Shown here piece by piece: positions 40,148 through 51,042 of a stretch of DNA of 64,000 bases. The stretch covers positions 64,001-128,000 of IMG/VR virus record IMGVR_UViG_3300017917_001336; one strand, written 5' to 3'. The notes under the pieces were generated by a model, which was not told the origin of the DNA, ran no database searches, and worked only from the letters and a program-made list of their open reading frames with translations. The stretch comes from a virus. The position numbers and the translations under genes are program-made. The first letter of the stretch is position 1; every line of letters starts with the position of its first letter.

Positions 40148-40425
40148 TATGCAGCCTCCAACATTGACAGTGGAACGGAGTAGACCATGTTCATGCTAGG
40201 GATATGCACATCGGCCTTCTTGATCTTGATCTTGCGGATCGTTCCCACTACGGTACCACCCAACTTGGCATGGGTCAGTTTAACCTTATCGCCACTGTGG
40301 AAGGTGCAGGCGTTAACCCGGGCAGTCTTTGAACGGGCAAAGGCCACAGCGTCTACAATACTTTGCAGATCCTGCGCAGACCACGCACCCGAAATAATTG
40401 CACGATTGATAGTACCAATATCCAT
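40147..40425 (-). CDS. Small SH3/KOW-like beta-barrel protein
   Basis: FHSGDKV...GTI.KI pattern; own promoter and RBS. Confidence 0.65.
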   Translation of the reverse strand: MDIGTINRAIISGAWSAQDLQSIVDAVAFARSKTARVNACTFHSGDKVKLTHAKLGGTVVGTIRKIKIKKADVHIPSMNMVYSVPLSMLEAA

Positions 40426-40504
40426 TTCACGCTCCTTTTTGTCTAAGTGTTTCTATTATATGCTCAAACGCACCCGCTGTCAACCTACTAAGCAGCGGGG
40501 CCTA

Positions 40505-41209
40505 TTATGCAGCTACAGCGATTGGAATCATACGGCGAACGAACCCAGTGGTGTCCTTCTTAGCACGACCCTTAGCCTTAAGCCCTGCGATGCAACCCTT
40601 AGGGTCCAAAAAGCGCAGGTCAGTGTCGTCTGCATTAATTACAGGACGGCCCATGTAAGAGTCTGGGAGCTTGTCAAAGACAGCAGCCACGTTCATACCT
40701 GCACTCACTGCCTTTTGTACGTCTGCTTCGTTACCGTCTGCAGCTGAGAACGTCAAGTGATAGTTGGGCAGGTGTGCTACCTTGCGTCCAAGCACCTTAG
40801 TATAGTCATAGAACTGTACATTGGGGAACTTCTCAATGATACCGTACTTCTCCCAAGCCAAGTCCGATGTACCGTTAAGGCGGAACACGGGTGTCAAACC
40901 CAGCTTCGCAGACTGTTTGATGCCCAGCTTGATGTCCTTCTCCAGCTGAGCCATAAATGCATCACGCTGCTCAAAGAACATCCTAGTCTTGCGAATGCGA
41001 GCCTGCTGGATCATGTTGGTGTTTTCACCGCGCTTGAACATACCACCGCGCCCGGCAGTATTCAAACAGGCAGCGGTACAGCCTGCGGTGCGCTTAGGGC
41101 AAGTCTCCTTACCGGACAGCGTCGCAGGAGCAAGATGCAGAATAAAGCTAAGATAGCCCAATTTTGCACCCTTTTGGATCTTGGGATTTGCAGTACTTAG
41201 AAGTTTCAT
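40505..41209 (-). CDS. Gp88-like phage protein with Cys cluster
   Basis: CP.RTAGC.AACL, RLNGTSD, FYDYTK, YHLTFS motifs. Confidence 0.7.
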   Translation of the reverse strand: MKLLSTANPKIQKGAKLGYLSFILHLAPATLSGKETCPKRTAGCTAACLNTAGRGGMFKRGENTNMIQQARIRKTRMFFEQRDAFMAQLEKDIKLGIKQSAKLGLTPVFRLNGTSDLAWEKYGIIEKFPNVQFYDYTKVLGRKVAHLPNYHLTFSAADGNEADVQKAVSAGMNVAAVFDKLPDSYMGRPVINADDTDLRFLDPKGCIAGLKAKGRAKKDTTGFVRRMIPIAVAA

Positions 41210-41265
41210 GTTCGCTCCATGTTCGTTTAAGTTAGCCTATAGTATAGCAAGAATTAATAACCCTG

Positions 41266-41589
41266 TCAACCGTCGGTGTATTGGTCGTTGAGCGAGGGTT
41301 GATGCTGCTTGACCCATGCCCGTTCCCAAGCATAAGCTTCAGCCCGCCCACGTATGACAGCCAGTACTTCGTGTTCCCAGTCTGTCCAAGCACCAGCACG
41401 GATATATTCGTATACAGTCCACGCCTGCTGTTCGTGACGAGCCCGGCTAATATGCTTACGCCAACGCTCTGCCACTGCCTTAGGTACTGTACGGGTGCCC
41501 TTACGGGTCAAGCCCACGTATACATTGCCTTCATGCATAGCAGCGTAGATAACATAGTTTGAATCTTTACGAGCAGTTCTTTTTGTCAT
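41266..41589 (-). CDS. GIY-YIG-like nuclease, probably leaderless
   Basis: YVIY...YVGLT...RW.KH...E; -10 box 6 nt before ATG 41589. Confidence 0.65.
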   Translation of the reverse strand: MTKRTARKDSNYVIYAAMHEGNVYVGLTRKGTRTVPKAVAERWRKHISRARHEQQAWTVYEYIRAGAWTDWEHEVLAVIRGRAEAYAWERAWVKQHQPSLNDQYTDG

Positions 41590-41901
41590 AGTCGTATTAT
41601 AGCATTCCGAGCCCAAACTGTCAACCACAATAACCCTACAGCTGACTCGGGTATTTTTGCCCCGAGTTGACAGCCTGCCCAAAATGCAGTATAATTTGGG
41701 CATAGGTTCGAACAGCTACACTGGGGATGGACGGCGAGGGTGCGCAGGTGATTCTAAGTTAGTAAGTGCCAACTTAGCCCGTGGTTAAAATACAACAAAC
41801 TAGAAAAACCCGGTTGACAAAACGGGTTTTTGGGCTGGGTGTCTCGGCCCGGCCGAGACCGTCTCGGCCCCTTTTTCTCAAAAACCATTCCGAACCGCCG
41901 C

Positions 41902-42096
41902 CTAATTTTGAATGGGTTTTTCTATGAACTTGCAAGCGTCATATTGATTATCAAATATTTCATACTCGCAACTGACATCGTTATATTTGAATATATGTAA
42001 ATTCCTAGTGGCCATGCACATGCTGATAGCTATATTATAGTCTTTACCTGCTACATGTACGTGTGCTAAATGCACTATAGTATTAGGGGTCATCAT
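41902..42096 (-). CDS. Possible small protein
   Basis: TAAATA immediately upstream. Confidence 0.45.
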   Translation of the reverse strand: MMTPNTIVHLAHVHVAGKDYNIAISMCMATRNLHIFKYNDVSCEYEIFDNQYDACKFIEKPIQN

Positions 42097-42758
42097 ATAT
42101 TTAACAGTTCGAGCTCCTTATAGCAGTTAGCAGGATCCCCACTGTGACTCCTACGAGACTCCTAGCGTGTGACAAAGTGCAAGTAGAATGCTCGATTGTG
42201 TGATCTAGATCACCCCACCATGCGTATAGAGTCATACACAGGGGTCTCAGAATAGAAAAAGTGCAGAAAAGTGTAGAATTGTGTGATAAAGTGTGACAGA
42301 ACCTAGAAAATGCGTCAGAATCGTGGCAGGCACCCTGGAACACGGTGGTCCTAGAATTTTCTACCTTGAGGTCGAGACGGGCATAGTTAAAATGGATACT
42401 ATGTATCTAGACCGCAGCGGGGCCTATTGCACACACGCACATAAACCCCCGCCCAATTGTTCTCAGCCTATATATAAGTTTTGCCAAAGCACTTGCACCC
42501 TTAACTAATAGCCTCTATACTATATGCATAAGGGTCCGCCCAATCGTATCTTATACTATAGTTCTACTGTGCTAGTAAGGTTTAGAAACTGATGCAGTCA
42601 TAGTGCTCTATACATGTACGCAGCGGGGCCTAAGCGGAGTTCGTAGAACGAGCCTCCTATGTATAACTGTGAGTTATTATGATTATATTTGATTACATGT
42701 ACATACTAGCGTTAATCGCTATAGTAGTCTACATAGTATATAAGTTGAACAAGCCATT

Positions 42759-42959
42759 ATGAATGCATTTACTGTATATAAGATCTTACAGCATGACACT
42801 AAGCAACTGTTATTAGTACAGGGTTTTGGTTCTGTAGAGTTTCAACTAAGCGTATATGATGAACACACAGGTACTACGCTCAAGAGACTATCTAACTGTA
42901 CTATAGAAGAATTTGAAGAAGCCATTAAAATTTTACGGGGAACTTGCGAGAGTCAGTAA
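42759..42959 (+). CDS. Hypothetical protein
   Basis: 66 aa ORF. Confidence 0.45.
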   Translation: MNAFTVYKILQHDTKQLLLVQGFGSVEFQLSVYDEHTGTTLKRLSNCTIEEFEEAIKILRGTCESQ

Positions 42960-43342
42960 GGGCATTTAGCTTTTCGTGTAAGCGGGCAAATACTACATTG
43001 TCCATGTGATTCTTTTGTAACACTACATCCGCTAATATACCCAAAGCCCAAGCCAAGTGTTCGTTATGTGTGTAGTCAGGGTGTATGCTGTGACTAACTT
43101 CTAATACATTTAACACTAAGTTTTTTACTCTGCTTGGGTCTACCATAAGATTATTGTTGTGCTGGTTCGTACGCTACTTTGATTACGCCAACCCAGTCAC
43201 TTGCTCCTGTTTGTTCTGCGGCCCATGCATCAGCTGCTAGTCTAGCTTCAGCAGTTTCAGCTATGAGTGTGTTGGGTTTTTCTACAGTTTTGTTGAGTGT
43301 TTCTGAATGTGCATGTATAGTATGTGTAAATGGAAATGCCAT
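42925..43342 (-). CDS. Two small hypothetical ORFs (42925-43146, 43151-43342)
   Basis: GAGGAG RBS and TAAATA upstream of 43342. Confidence 0.6.
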
Positions 43343-43454
43343 AATATTCTCCTCTTTGTACTATTTATTGGAATACAATTAAGTACCCAGAGTAAAGGGG
43401 AAGAGGCATGACTTCCCCTTTGCGAATGGTTAGCGGAGCGATCTGGACTACATG

Positions 43455-43505
43455 TGCGCTCAAAATTTTTCGCTGACGCTTCGCGTATTTTTGGCGCTGC
43501 CGCCC
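43455..43505. repeat. Inverted counterpart of the 29.6 kb GCGAAGC element
   Basis: Reverse complement reads GCGGCAGCGC...CGCGAAGCGTCAGCGAAAAA. Confidence 0.7.
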
Positions 43506-43577
43506 TACGGCTTTTTGGGCTCTTGACTGGCACCATTTTTTATGTTATAGTTATGCTTATTAGGCGGAGAATAGGCT

Positions 43578-43952
43578 ATGCAACTTAAAGTGTACAATCC
43601 ACAACATGCTCGTCGTGATGTTTACTTCTTTGAAGTAGCCGAGTTTCACTACTATACGGGTGAGGAAGTTAATGTTAAATGGGCCAAGGCGTGTGAAATG
43701 GGTTTCAAGACTGATGACGCGGTTGGCTTGCGTATTATACAGCGCAAGTGGATTCGTGAAATTGATGGCCAGCCCTATGTGTATAAGGATGAGCTAGAAG
43801 TCAAGCCTTCGGGCATCATTGAGGTTGCAGGCTCTAAAGGATCTGTGTATTATCTAGATATAGGCCAGGGTACTTGTACATGCCCGGGCTTTACATTTAG
43901 GGGTGCTTGCAAGCACATAGCTGAACATGTCAAATCATCCGGAAGAAGTTGA
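43578..43952 (+). CDS. SWIM zinc-finger protein
   Basis: CTCPGF.FRGACKH. Confidence 0.8.
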   Translation: MQLKVYNPQHARRDVYFFEVAEFHYYTGEEVNVKWAKACEMGFKTDDAVGLRIIQRKWIREIDGQPYVYKDELEVKPSGIIEVAGSKGSVYYLDIGQGTCTCPGFTFRGACKHIAEHVKSSGRS

Positions 43953-46301
43953 ATATTTTATACGCAAATATGAAGCTCAAATAGAGCCCAGCCGCAAACG
44001 AGTGGCTTACAAGCGGCCACCATATAACTATGCACTAGCATTTGATGAGCCATACACATACTCCGTAGACATAGAACGTGAGCCTTGTGTAGAAATAACC
44101 CTACCCCCTGAACGTTTTAGAGATTTATTGGATCAGCAACATACCCTGACACGCTTGATGGAAGATTCGGGACGTTATGGGGAAATGCTAGCCGAAATGC
44201 GAGCAGAAGAACGGGTACGCCAGGATAACCCTGCTGTGGCCCGTGCTTGGCGTAACTATGTTACCCTATTAGAATTAGCAAGGAGATAGTATGGAATTTG
44301 ATATAATAGCTACCCTGGTAGCATTTGGTTTGATAGCCCTATTTGTTGTGGGCATGTATAAGTGTGTAAAGGGTGACTCGGATGATTAAAGGTATTAACG
44401 GGGGCCAGTTTATAACAGTCCAGGGTGGCTCACCATCATCTACATACGTTAACAACTATTCAGGTGGCCAGGGTGTGGGCAATATGCGCTACAATACTTC
44501 TAGCCAGAACGTTGAAGTGTATGATGGTAATAACTGGGTACAGCTAGCCATGAGCTATGCTAGTGTAGAGCTGTCGGGTGATGCTCAAAGTTTACTACGC
44601 TGGGCCCAAGATGAACGTTCACGTCAGAGTCGTCGTCAAGAGCTAATTAAAAACAATCCTGCACTACAAAAAGCCTATGAAGCTATTGCTCGTGCTGAAG
44701 CTAACTTTGACATCCTGGAAAAGTTTGTGGAGAACGACAGTGAATCAGGTCAAGTCCAATCCAGCCCATAACGAGGGTAGTATCAAACTACCCGGGGAAA
44801 CGGACCCGGACTTTGCTCGTGTAGTTCACGAGTATCTTAGCCATTTTGCTTACTATAAAATCAAAAAGGACTATGCTCAACGTGAGCGTTTATACGAGTG
44901 GTGTGCCCAATACATGGGTGAAAAGTACCGGGATTGGTTTGTACACGAAGGTGGCAAGTATGACAAATGGTGGACCATAAACATACGCAGTCCAAAACAT
45001 TGCACCATTTTTAGTTTACGCTGGTCCGATATCATTATCGAATTTGTTGACAGAAAATCTAAATAGTGCTAAACTAAGGCTATCGTATATCTAAAGGTAG
45101 CTATGTTTACTGCTGAAACTTTTCAATCTAAGCACGACATCCGCACAATTCGCCAAGGCGAACCTAACTTCATGCTAAGTGATGGCATGGTCATGTATCC
45201 ACGGGCTATGATTCATATCATGCCTGAATGTCCGTTGCGTGTTCGCGAAATGATTAATTGGGCTATTACCGAAGGATATGTTAAAACCGTAGCACATGTT
45301 CAAGGAAAGGAACTGACATGGGAACAACTCACAAAATAACTGGCTTTAGAAACTGGCTACAGGAAATGTGGATGTTACACAAGGACGAGTATAGTGAAAT
45401 GCACTTGCCAATTCCAGAATCAGATCAAGCTGAATACTTTCAAAAGTACAAGTATTGGCTTAAACGTGAATACCGCCACCAAACTAAGGATGAATAATAA
45501 TGTTTGATTCTATTTTTATATTGTTAGCCTTGCTGTTTATCAAGCATTGGTACATTGACTTTGTTAATCAATCTAATGAAGAAGTAGCGGGCAAAGGCAT
45601 TTACGGCAATGCTCACGGGCTTATGCACTCTATCAAGCATGGTGCGGCTACGTTCTTAATTTTCCTGTTGTTTAGCAAAGACTTTCCTTTTAGCGTGATT
45701 ATTGGCTTTTTGGACTTTGTGCTACACTATCACATTGACTGGGCCAAAATGAATATCAACAAGCGTTTTAAATATACAATTGAAATGCCGCAGTTCTGGG
45801 CTTGGCTTGGTGCTGATCAATTAGCTCATTCGTTAACTTATCTAGGATTGGTTTGGTTAGCAGTATGAAAGAACTTCCTGTTCACAAAGACAAATTAGGC
45901 CGCGAAATTAAAGTAAATGACTTTGTGGCTTATCCTACTCATAACAGCCTTGAGTTCGGCAAGGTTATGAAAATTAACAACAAGATGATTGGTGTGTTGC
46001 CTGTTATTCAAAAGTACAAGCATCACAAAAATACAAACAAGTATCCATCTGATCTAGTTCGTTTAGAAGCACAGGATATGACATGGTATATACTAAAGAA
46101 CTCGTAGACCCAATGAAACTTCCCTGTGGAGGTACAGCATACTTTGATCAAGACTCGGGTATTGCTTATCGTTGTCAAGATTGCATGGCTGTAGTTGGAT
46201 CAATTGGGCAACCACAACGATGTAAAGATGCGGCTCAAAAATATGAAAATTGGGCGGCCATGGGTGGCGAGCCCTGGGATTACTTTGAGGAAGCAGAATA
46301 A
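43927..46301 (+). CDS. Run of small hypothetical genes (43927-44289, ~44373-44771, ~44677-45066, 45103-45339, 45500-45868 membrane DUF3307-like, ~45865-46107, ~46112-46301)
   Basis: Tightly packed same-strand ORFs; the 45500 ORF is hydrophobic with H..ID, HS..H, HYHID, DQLAH. Confidence 0.6.
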
Positions 46302-46400
46302 TGACTGATAACATGACACTGAATATTATTTGTGCTATAATCGTAGGCGTGCCTATGTTTTATGTAGCATGGCGAATTTTAAATCTAATGGAGAAATAAG

Positions 46401-46868
46401 ATGAATGTAGTCAAAGGTGATCTGCTACAAATGGGCAAGGATAATGAATTTGATATTATCATGCACGGCTGTAACTGTTTTTGTATAATGGGTGGCGGTA
46501 TTGCTGCTCAAATATCAGATCAATTTCCAGATGCTCGTTTAGCAGACGACGAAACTGTGCGTGGTGACGCTGGGAAGTTAGGCACTTATACTATAGGTAT
46601 GCACGGTAGACTTGTTATTCTAAACTGCTATACTCAATTTAGAACTTCAGCAGGTGCGGGTGACGATGTATTTGAATATACAGCCTTTGAGCGTGTATTA
46701 GATAAAATTTCTATGCGTTTTGGCAAATGGCGCATTGGACTGCCTTTAATAGGTATGGGCCTCGCTGGTGGAAACCCTGAACGCATTGTTCCTATGATTG
46801 AACGTTTTGCTAGTAAAGTTGAAAGGCAGGGCGGATCTGTTACACTGGTTGAGTGGGAACGCAAATGA
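46401..46868 (+). CDS. Macrodomain (ADP-ribose binding/hydrolase) protein
   Basis: KGDLL, HGCNC, MGGGIAAQI, PLIG.GLAGG. Confidence 0.88.
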   Translation: MNVVKGDLLQMGKDNEFDIIMHGCNCFCIMGGGIAAQISDQFPDARLADDETVRGDAGKLGTYTIGMHGRLVILNCYTQFRTSAGAGDDVFEYTAFERVLDKISMRFGKWRIGLPLIGMGLAGGNPERIVPMIERFASKVERQGGSVTLVEWERK

Positions 46869-47158
46869 TTAATTTAAAATTTGAATTAACTAATCCGTGG
46901 ACTGATCGCTTTGAAAGCATTCAGTGTTGGGTAGGTGTTACACCTTTTAAACACAAGTTCTGGGAAGTTCAAATAATGAAAACAGATGACATCGTGTCAT
47001 TTGACTTGCGTGTTACAACTAGACGAGATCACGCAGGAGCAGAACTATGGTTAGGCTTGTTAGGCTACAGCATCAATTTTAATGTTTACGACAATCGCCA
47101 TTGGAACCATAGCGAAGGTCGTTGGATGATTTATACCGAAGAGGAGGGGTTGCATTAA
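46865..47158 (+). CDS. Hypothetical protein
   Basis: Coupled ORF. Confidence 0.55.
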   Translation: MINLKFELTNPWTDRFESIQCWVGVTPFKHKFWEVQIMKTDDIVSFDLRVTTRRDHAGAELWLGLLGYSINFNVYDNRHWNHSEGRWMIYTEEEGLH

Positions 47159-47583
47159 TGTTAGATTGTTTAATTCTAGGCGATAGCCTTGCAGTAGGTG
47201 TAGGACAAATCCGCAAAGAGTGTGTTACTTACGCAAAAAGCGGAATCAATAGTTATGACTATGTTAATCGTCATGTGTTGCATACTAACGGTTCAAACAA
47301 AGAAGCTAAGACTGTTATTATCAGCTTAGGTAGTAATGACACAAAGAACATCGAAACGTACGACGAACTAGATACATTGCGTCAAATGGTTAAAGCAGAT
47401 CGTGTATATTGGATACTGCCTAACATTAAAGAAACAAAACGCAAAGCCGTTTGGATGGTTGCTGACAAATACAAAGATCATGTTATTGATGCTAGACAGT
47501 ATGACCGCAGTCCAGATCATGTACATCCAACTTATACAGGCTACAAAGGCATAGCAAATGAAACCCGTCGTACTGACCGTTGA
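47158..47583 (+). CDS. SGNH hydrolase
   Basis: GDSL, SLGSND, DHVHP. Confidence 0.8.
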   Translation: MLDCLILGDSLAVGVGQIRKECVTYAKSGINSYDYVNRHVLHTNGSNKEAKTVIISLGSNDTKNIETYDELDTLRQMVKADRVYWILPNIKETKRKAVWMVADKYKDHVIDARQYDRSPDHVHPTYTGYKGIANETRRTDR

Positions 47584-49673
47584 CCAATGGAAAACTATTC
47601 GTTCTGAATTGCAAACAGAATATCCACGAACTGTCTTTATGCTTAGAGATAAGATGAAACGTGTATTAGGTTTTACTGTGCGTGAACATAAGGCATGGCT
47701 TTCTGAACCTAAGACATCAGGAGATGATTTAAACTTTGGATATTATGAGTTTCAAATCCATTTAGATTTCTTTTCAGAAAAGAAACGTACAATGTTCTTA
47801 ATGAAATTTAGTGAAGTGATTAGTAATGCAGAACTGTGAAGTAGGCCCATTCCGTTTGCCAGGTATTGCTTTTGATAAAGGCGAGTTGCCTACTGACTTG
47901 TTAGAAGAAATGCAATCATGGGCTAATGCTGAAGGTGTTGGCATGAGCACTACAGATAGACTTTGGTCTTTTAAGAAAGAAGCACATCGCGAATGGTTTA
48001 TTTTACGCTGGTCTGATGACATAAGCAAACGATGCAAAAAGGAAGACGATGCTTAAAAAGAAATTGCTCACTGATCGATCAGGTAACTTACAAGAACAAA
48101 TTCTAGAAGAGAAAGCAAAAGAACTTGCTGACGAGATGGACGCTGAAGTTTTGCGAGGTATGCTATGTGAACTTGGATGGCATCAAGTTGTTATAGCACC
48201 AGTGACGTGGGAAACTGGTGATAGAATCGATTTGTGGGTAACAAAAACAATTAAAGGAAGGCATTGGAATCGTGGTCTTGTTTGGTTGTTTGAAGACGAT
48301 AAAGATGCTATGTGGTTTAAAATGAGGTGGATGTCAAATGAGTGAATCAGCAGAATTAGAACCGTGGCAACAACGTGCTTTAGATAAAATGAAGTCGTTT
48401 AAAGGCAAAGGTGTTGTACAAATTACAGGCCGTAATGCCGGTAAGAGTCATTGGAATAGTGTTGCTGTAAAACGGCTGTTTGATGACATTTACAGTCGTC
48501 CAATTGAAGCACTAATTTTCGATGTAGGAACAGTATACGGTGCTAGGTATTATACTGTTGAACCTATTGGCGGTAATTGGCCAGAGATGGAACATTGGTG
48601 TTATGCAACGTTTGGTGACAGCGGAGACAATATGTGGGGTGAGAAAAAAGCACCTAAACCTTCTGAGCGTTGGTATATGAATAACCGAAAGTTTTGGTTC
48701 CGTAATGAAAAAGATCGCGATTGGTTTGTGATAAGGTGGAACGCATGATTATAGATAAAAGTGTATACTGGAATCGTGTTGTTGATCATTACTACGATGA
48801 CATTCATTGGGTAGATGGTGCTCCACGCAATATCTACGATTGGTTAGAAACAGAGTTTACTATAACATCTGATACAGGAAGCTCAGTTTTAGAATTCAAA
48901 GATGCAAGTAAGGCAACATTCTTTGTAATGAGGTTTGGTTCATGATTACACAAGAACGCAAAAGCAAGTATAAGCACAAAGTAATGGTAGATAGCGGCAC
49001 TGACAGCGTATCCTTTAAGGAGATGCGTGAATGGTGCGAGAAGAGTTTTGGCCCAGGCGGCCGAAGTAAGAAGCTACGCTGGCGTGTAGGTTGGACTGAC
49101 AGTATTGATACATTTTATTTTAAAAGCGGCAAAGATGCTATGATGTTTACTTTACGGTGGAGTCATGCCTAATAAGTTTCGTGTTGATGTTGGCACACCC
49201 TGGAAAGATCCATGGGCTACTTATTTTGAGAACTTCTATCATCATTGTCAAGACATTGCTATTAAAGGCAAGTATCATGTTGATACTGTGTGCAACTACG
49301 AACTAAAACCACATGGTAGGTTAATCAAAACTAAAACACAAGGATGGTATTTACGTTGGGACGACGAGAAGTACCATACAGCATTTGTATTGAGGTGGTC
49401 TTAATGGGAATGACTTACGAATATAAGGCATGGAATATGCAGGACAAAGCAGAGCGTGATAGGTACTTTGATGCAATTAGACGTATGCGCCGCGAGTATA
49501 CAGAAGAATATAAAGGTATATATGATCTTACTGTCAGACCAACAGTTCATTATTGGGCTGAAGAAAAATATGGATTTGCAATGGCTATGGACGGTACCGG
49601 CAACTATACTGCTGAGTATACTGTAACCAATCCTAAGAAATTTATGTTGTTTAAAATAAAGTATTGGAAATGA
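47558..49673 (+). CDS. Tandem array of eight small paralogous proteins (starts 47558, 47826, 48049, 48338, 48745, 48942, 49165, 49404)
   Basis: Shared C-terminal F-x-(L/M/I)-(R/K)-(W/F/Y) motif; overlapping start/stop codons. Confidence 0.75.
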
Positions 49674-49942
49674 AAGCACCAGCACCTCCAGGATATGAAT
49701 GGGTAAAGATTAAAGATTTGAAACCTACCGCAATTATTACTAATGGATGCGACTGTTATCCGTGGCATGAAGTATTTGCTTGGTGGCCAGTTAAAACTGT
49801 AGCAGGCCGATATGTTTGGCGCCAAAAAATATTCAAACGTAAAGTTTGGGTAGTTTGGGGCGATGGCTTTCATATGGAGCCGGAAGTACAGTATGCAACA
49901 GCATTTGATCTAATAACACATAATGATACAAGACTTGCATAG
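49664..49942 (+). CDS. Hypothetical Trp-rich protein
   Basis: FAWWPV motif; coupled ORF. Confidence 0.55.
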   Translation: MEMKAPAPPGYEWVKIKDLKPTAIITNGCDCYPWHEVFAWWPVKTVAGRYVWRQKIFKRKVWVVWGDGFHMEPEVQYATAFDLITHNDTRLA

Positions 49943-51041
49943 ACTTTGGGGTGTAACAAATTATGTTACATCGGATCAGTTTACTGGTTATGAATCAGTA
50001 GACGATATTCTTGCAGGCTACACAAAGGAAGTGTATGATAAAGATCCAGAAGGCACAATAGAAAATGTGTTTAATACATATAGATCTATTAATCTTGTGC
50101 CAATTGTTTACTATACAGAAGAAGGCTTAATCAAAGCAATCAAAGAACTAACAGATACAACTGCTAATCCTGTAATAGATAATGTAATTGGTTTAGGAAA
50201 CAATCAAGGACAGACTATTAATCGTTTTTTATTTCCAAACATGATGACTGCTGAACCAAAAGGCAGAGGATCAAATAGTTTGCGTGATAGATTCTTGGAT
50301 GATCGTAAACTCAAACGTGCTATTAAATTATGCTTTGAACACAGAGAAGGCAACAATTTAGTAAGTCCTACAGCATTACGTAGAGCATTGGAATTAGTTA
50401 CAGGTGAGAATGTACAGAACTTTAAATGCCTTAATGCTCGTGCCATTGTAGAAGACTTATGTCCGGTTATGTGGGGCAATGTATATGATTATTCAGCAGG
50501 GTACGGTGGCAGGCTGTTAGGTATAACCACAAGTCGTATGCGTTACAATTATCTAGCAGTTGACCCAAATACTGAAACAGTTAATTACCTTAATTACTTA
50601 AATGAGCTAATTGATCAAGCAGTAGGTAATAAAGGTAGTATAATACAAAGTGTAAGCGAAGAATATCAGCCTACAGATATTGATCTTGCCTTTAGTAGCC
50701 CTCCTTATTTTAATCTAGAAAAGTACAGCGATGAACCTACACAATGTATGGTACGCTATACTACAATGGATGAATGGTTCGACGGATATGTTGTTCCTAC
50801 AATGAAGAACATACATAAAGGACTTAATGCAGATGGTGTGTTTGCTACAAACATTGCTGACTACAAAAGCTACGGAAATAAAGAATATCTTGTTGTTGAT
50901 CGTTGGATTGAAACAGCAGAGAGTTTAGGTTTTAAGTTTGAAAAAACTATTAAAATGATGTTAAATACTCGTCCAGGTGTTGGCAACAATAAAACTGAAG
51001 GTCGAGAGAAGTTTGAAGGCGTTTACGTTTTTAGGAAATAA
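49923..51041 (+). CDS. SAM-dependent DNA amino-methyltransferase-like protein
   Basis: YDYSAGYGGR SAM motif, VDPN, FSSPPYF catalytic motif. Confidence 0.8.
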   Translation: MIQDLHRLWGVTNYVTSDQFTGYESVDDILAGYTKEVYDKDPEGTIENVFNTYRSINLVPIVYYTEEGLIKAIKELTDTTANPVIDNVIGLGNNQGQTINRFLFPNMMTAEPKGRGSNSLRDRFLDDRKLKRAIKLCFEHREGNNLVSPTALRRALELVTGENVQNFKCLNARAIVEDLCPVMWGNVYDYSAGYGGRLLGITTSRMRYNYLAVDPNTETVNYLNYLNELIDQAVGNKGSIIQSVSEEYQPTDIDLAFSSPPYFNLEKYSDEPTQCMVRYTTMDEWFDGYVVPTMKNIHKGLNADGVFATNIADYKSYGNKEYLVVDRWIETAESLGFKFEKTIKMMLNTRPGVGNNKTEGREKFEGVYVFRK

Positions 51042-51042
51042 A

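Noticed and set aside
41590-41703. N-terminal extensions of track ORFs (also 33120-33167, 34098-34151, 36852-36905, 39654-39854)
   Set aside because: They run through promoter or RBS elements; downstream ATGs fit better
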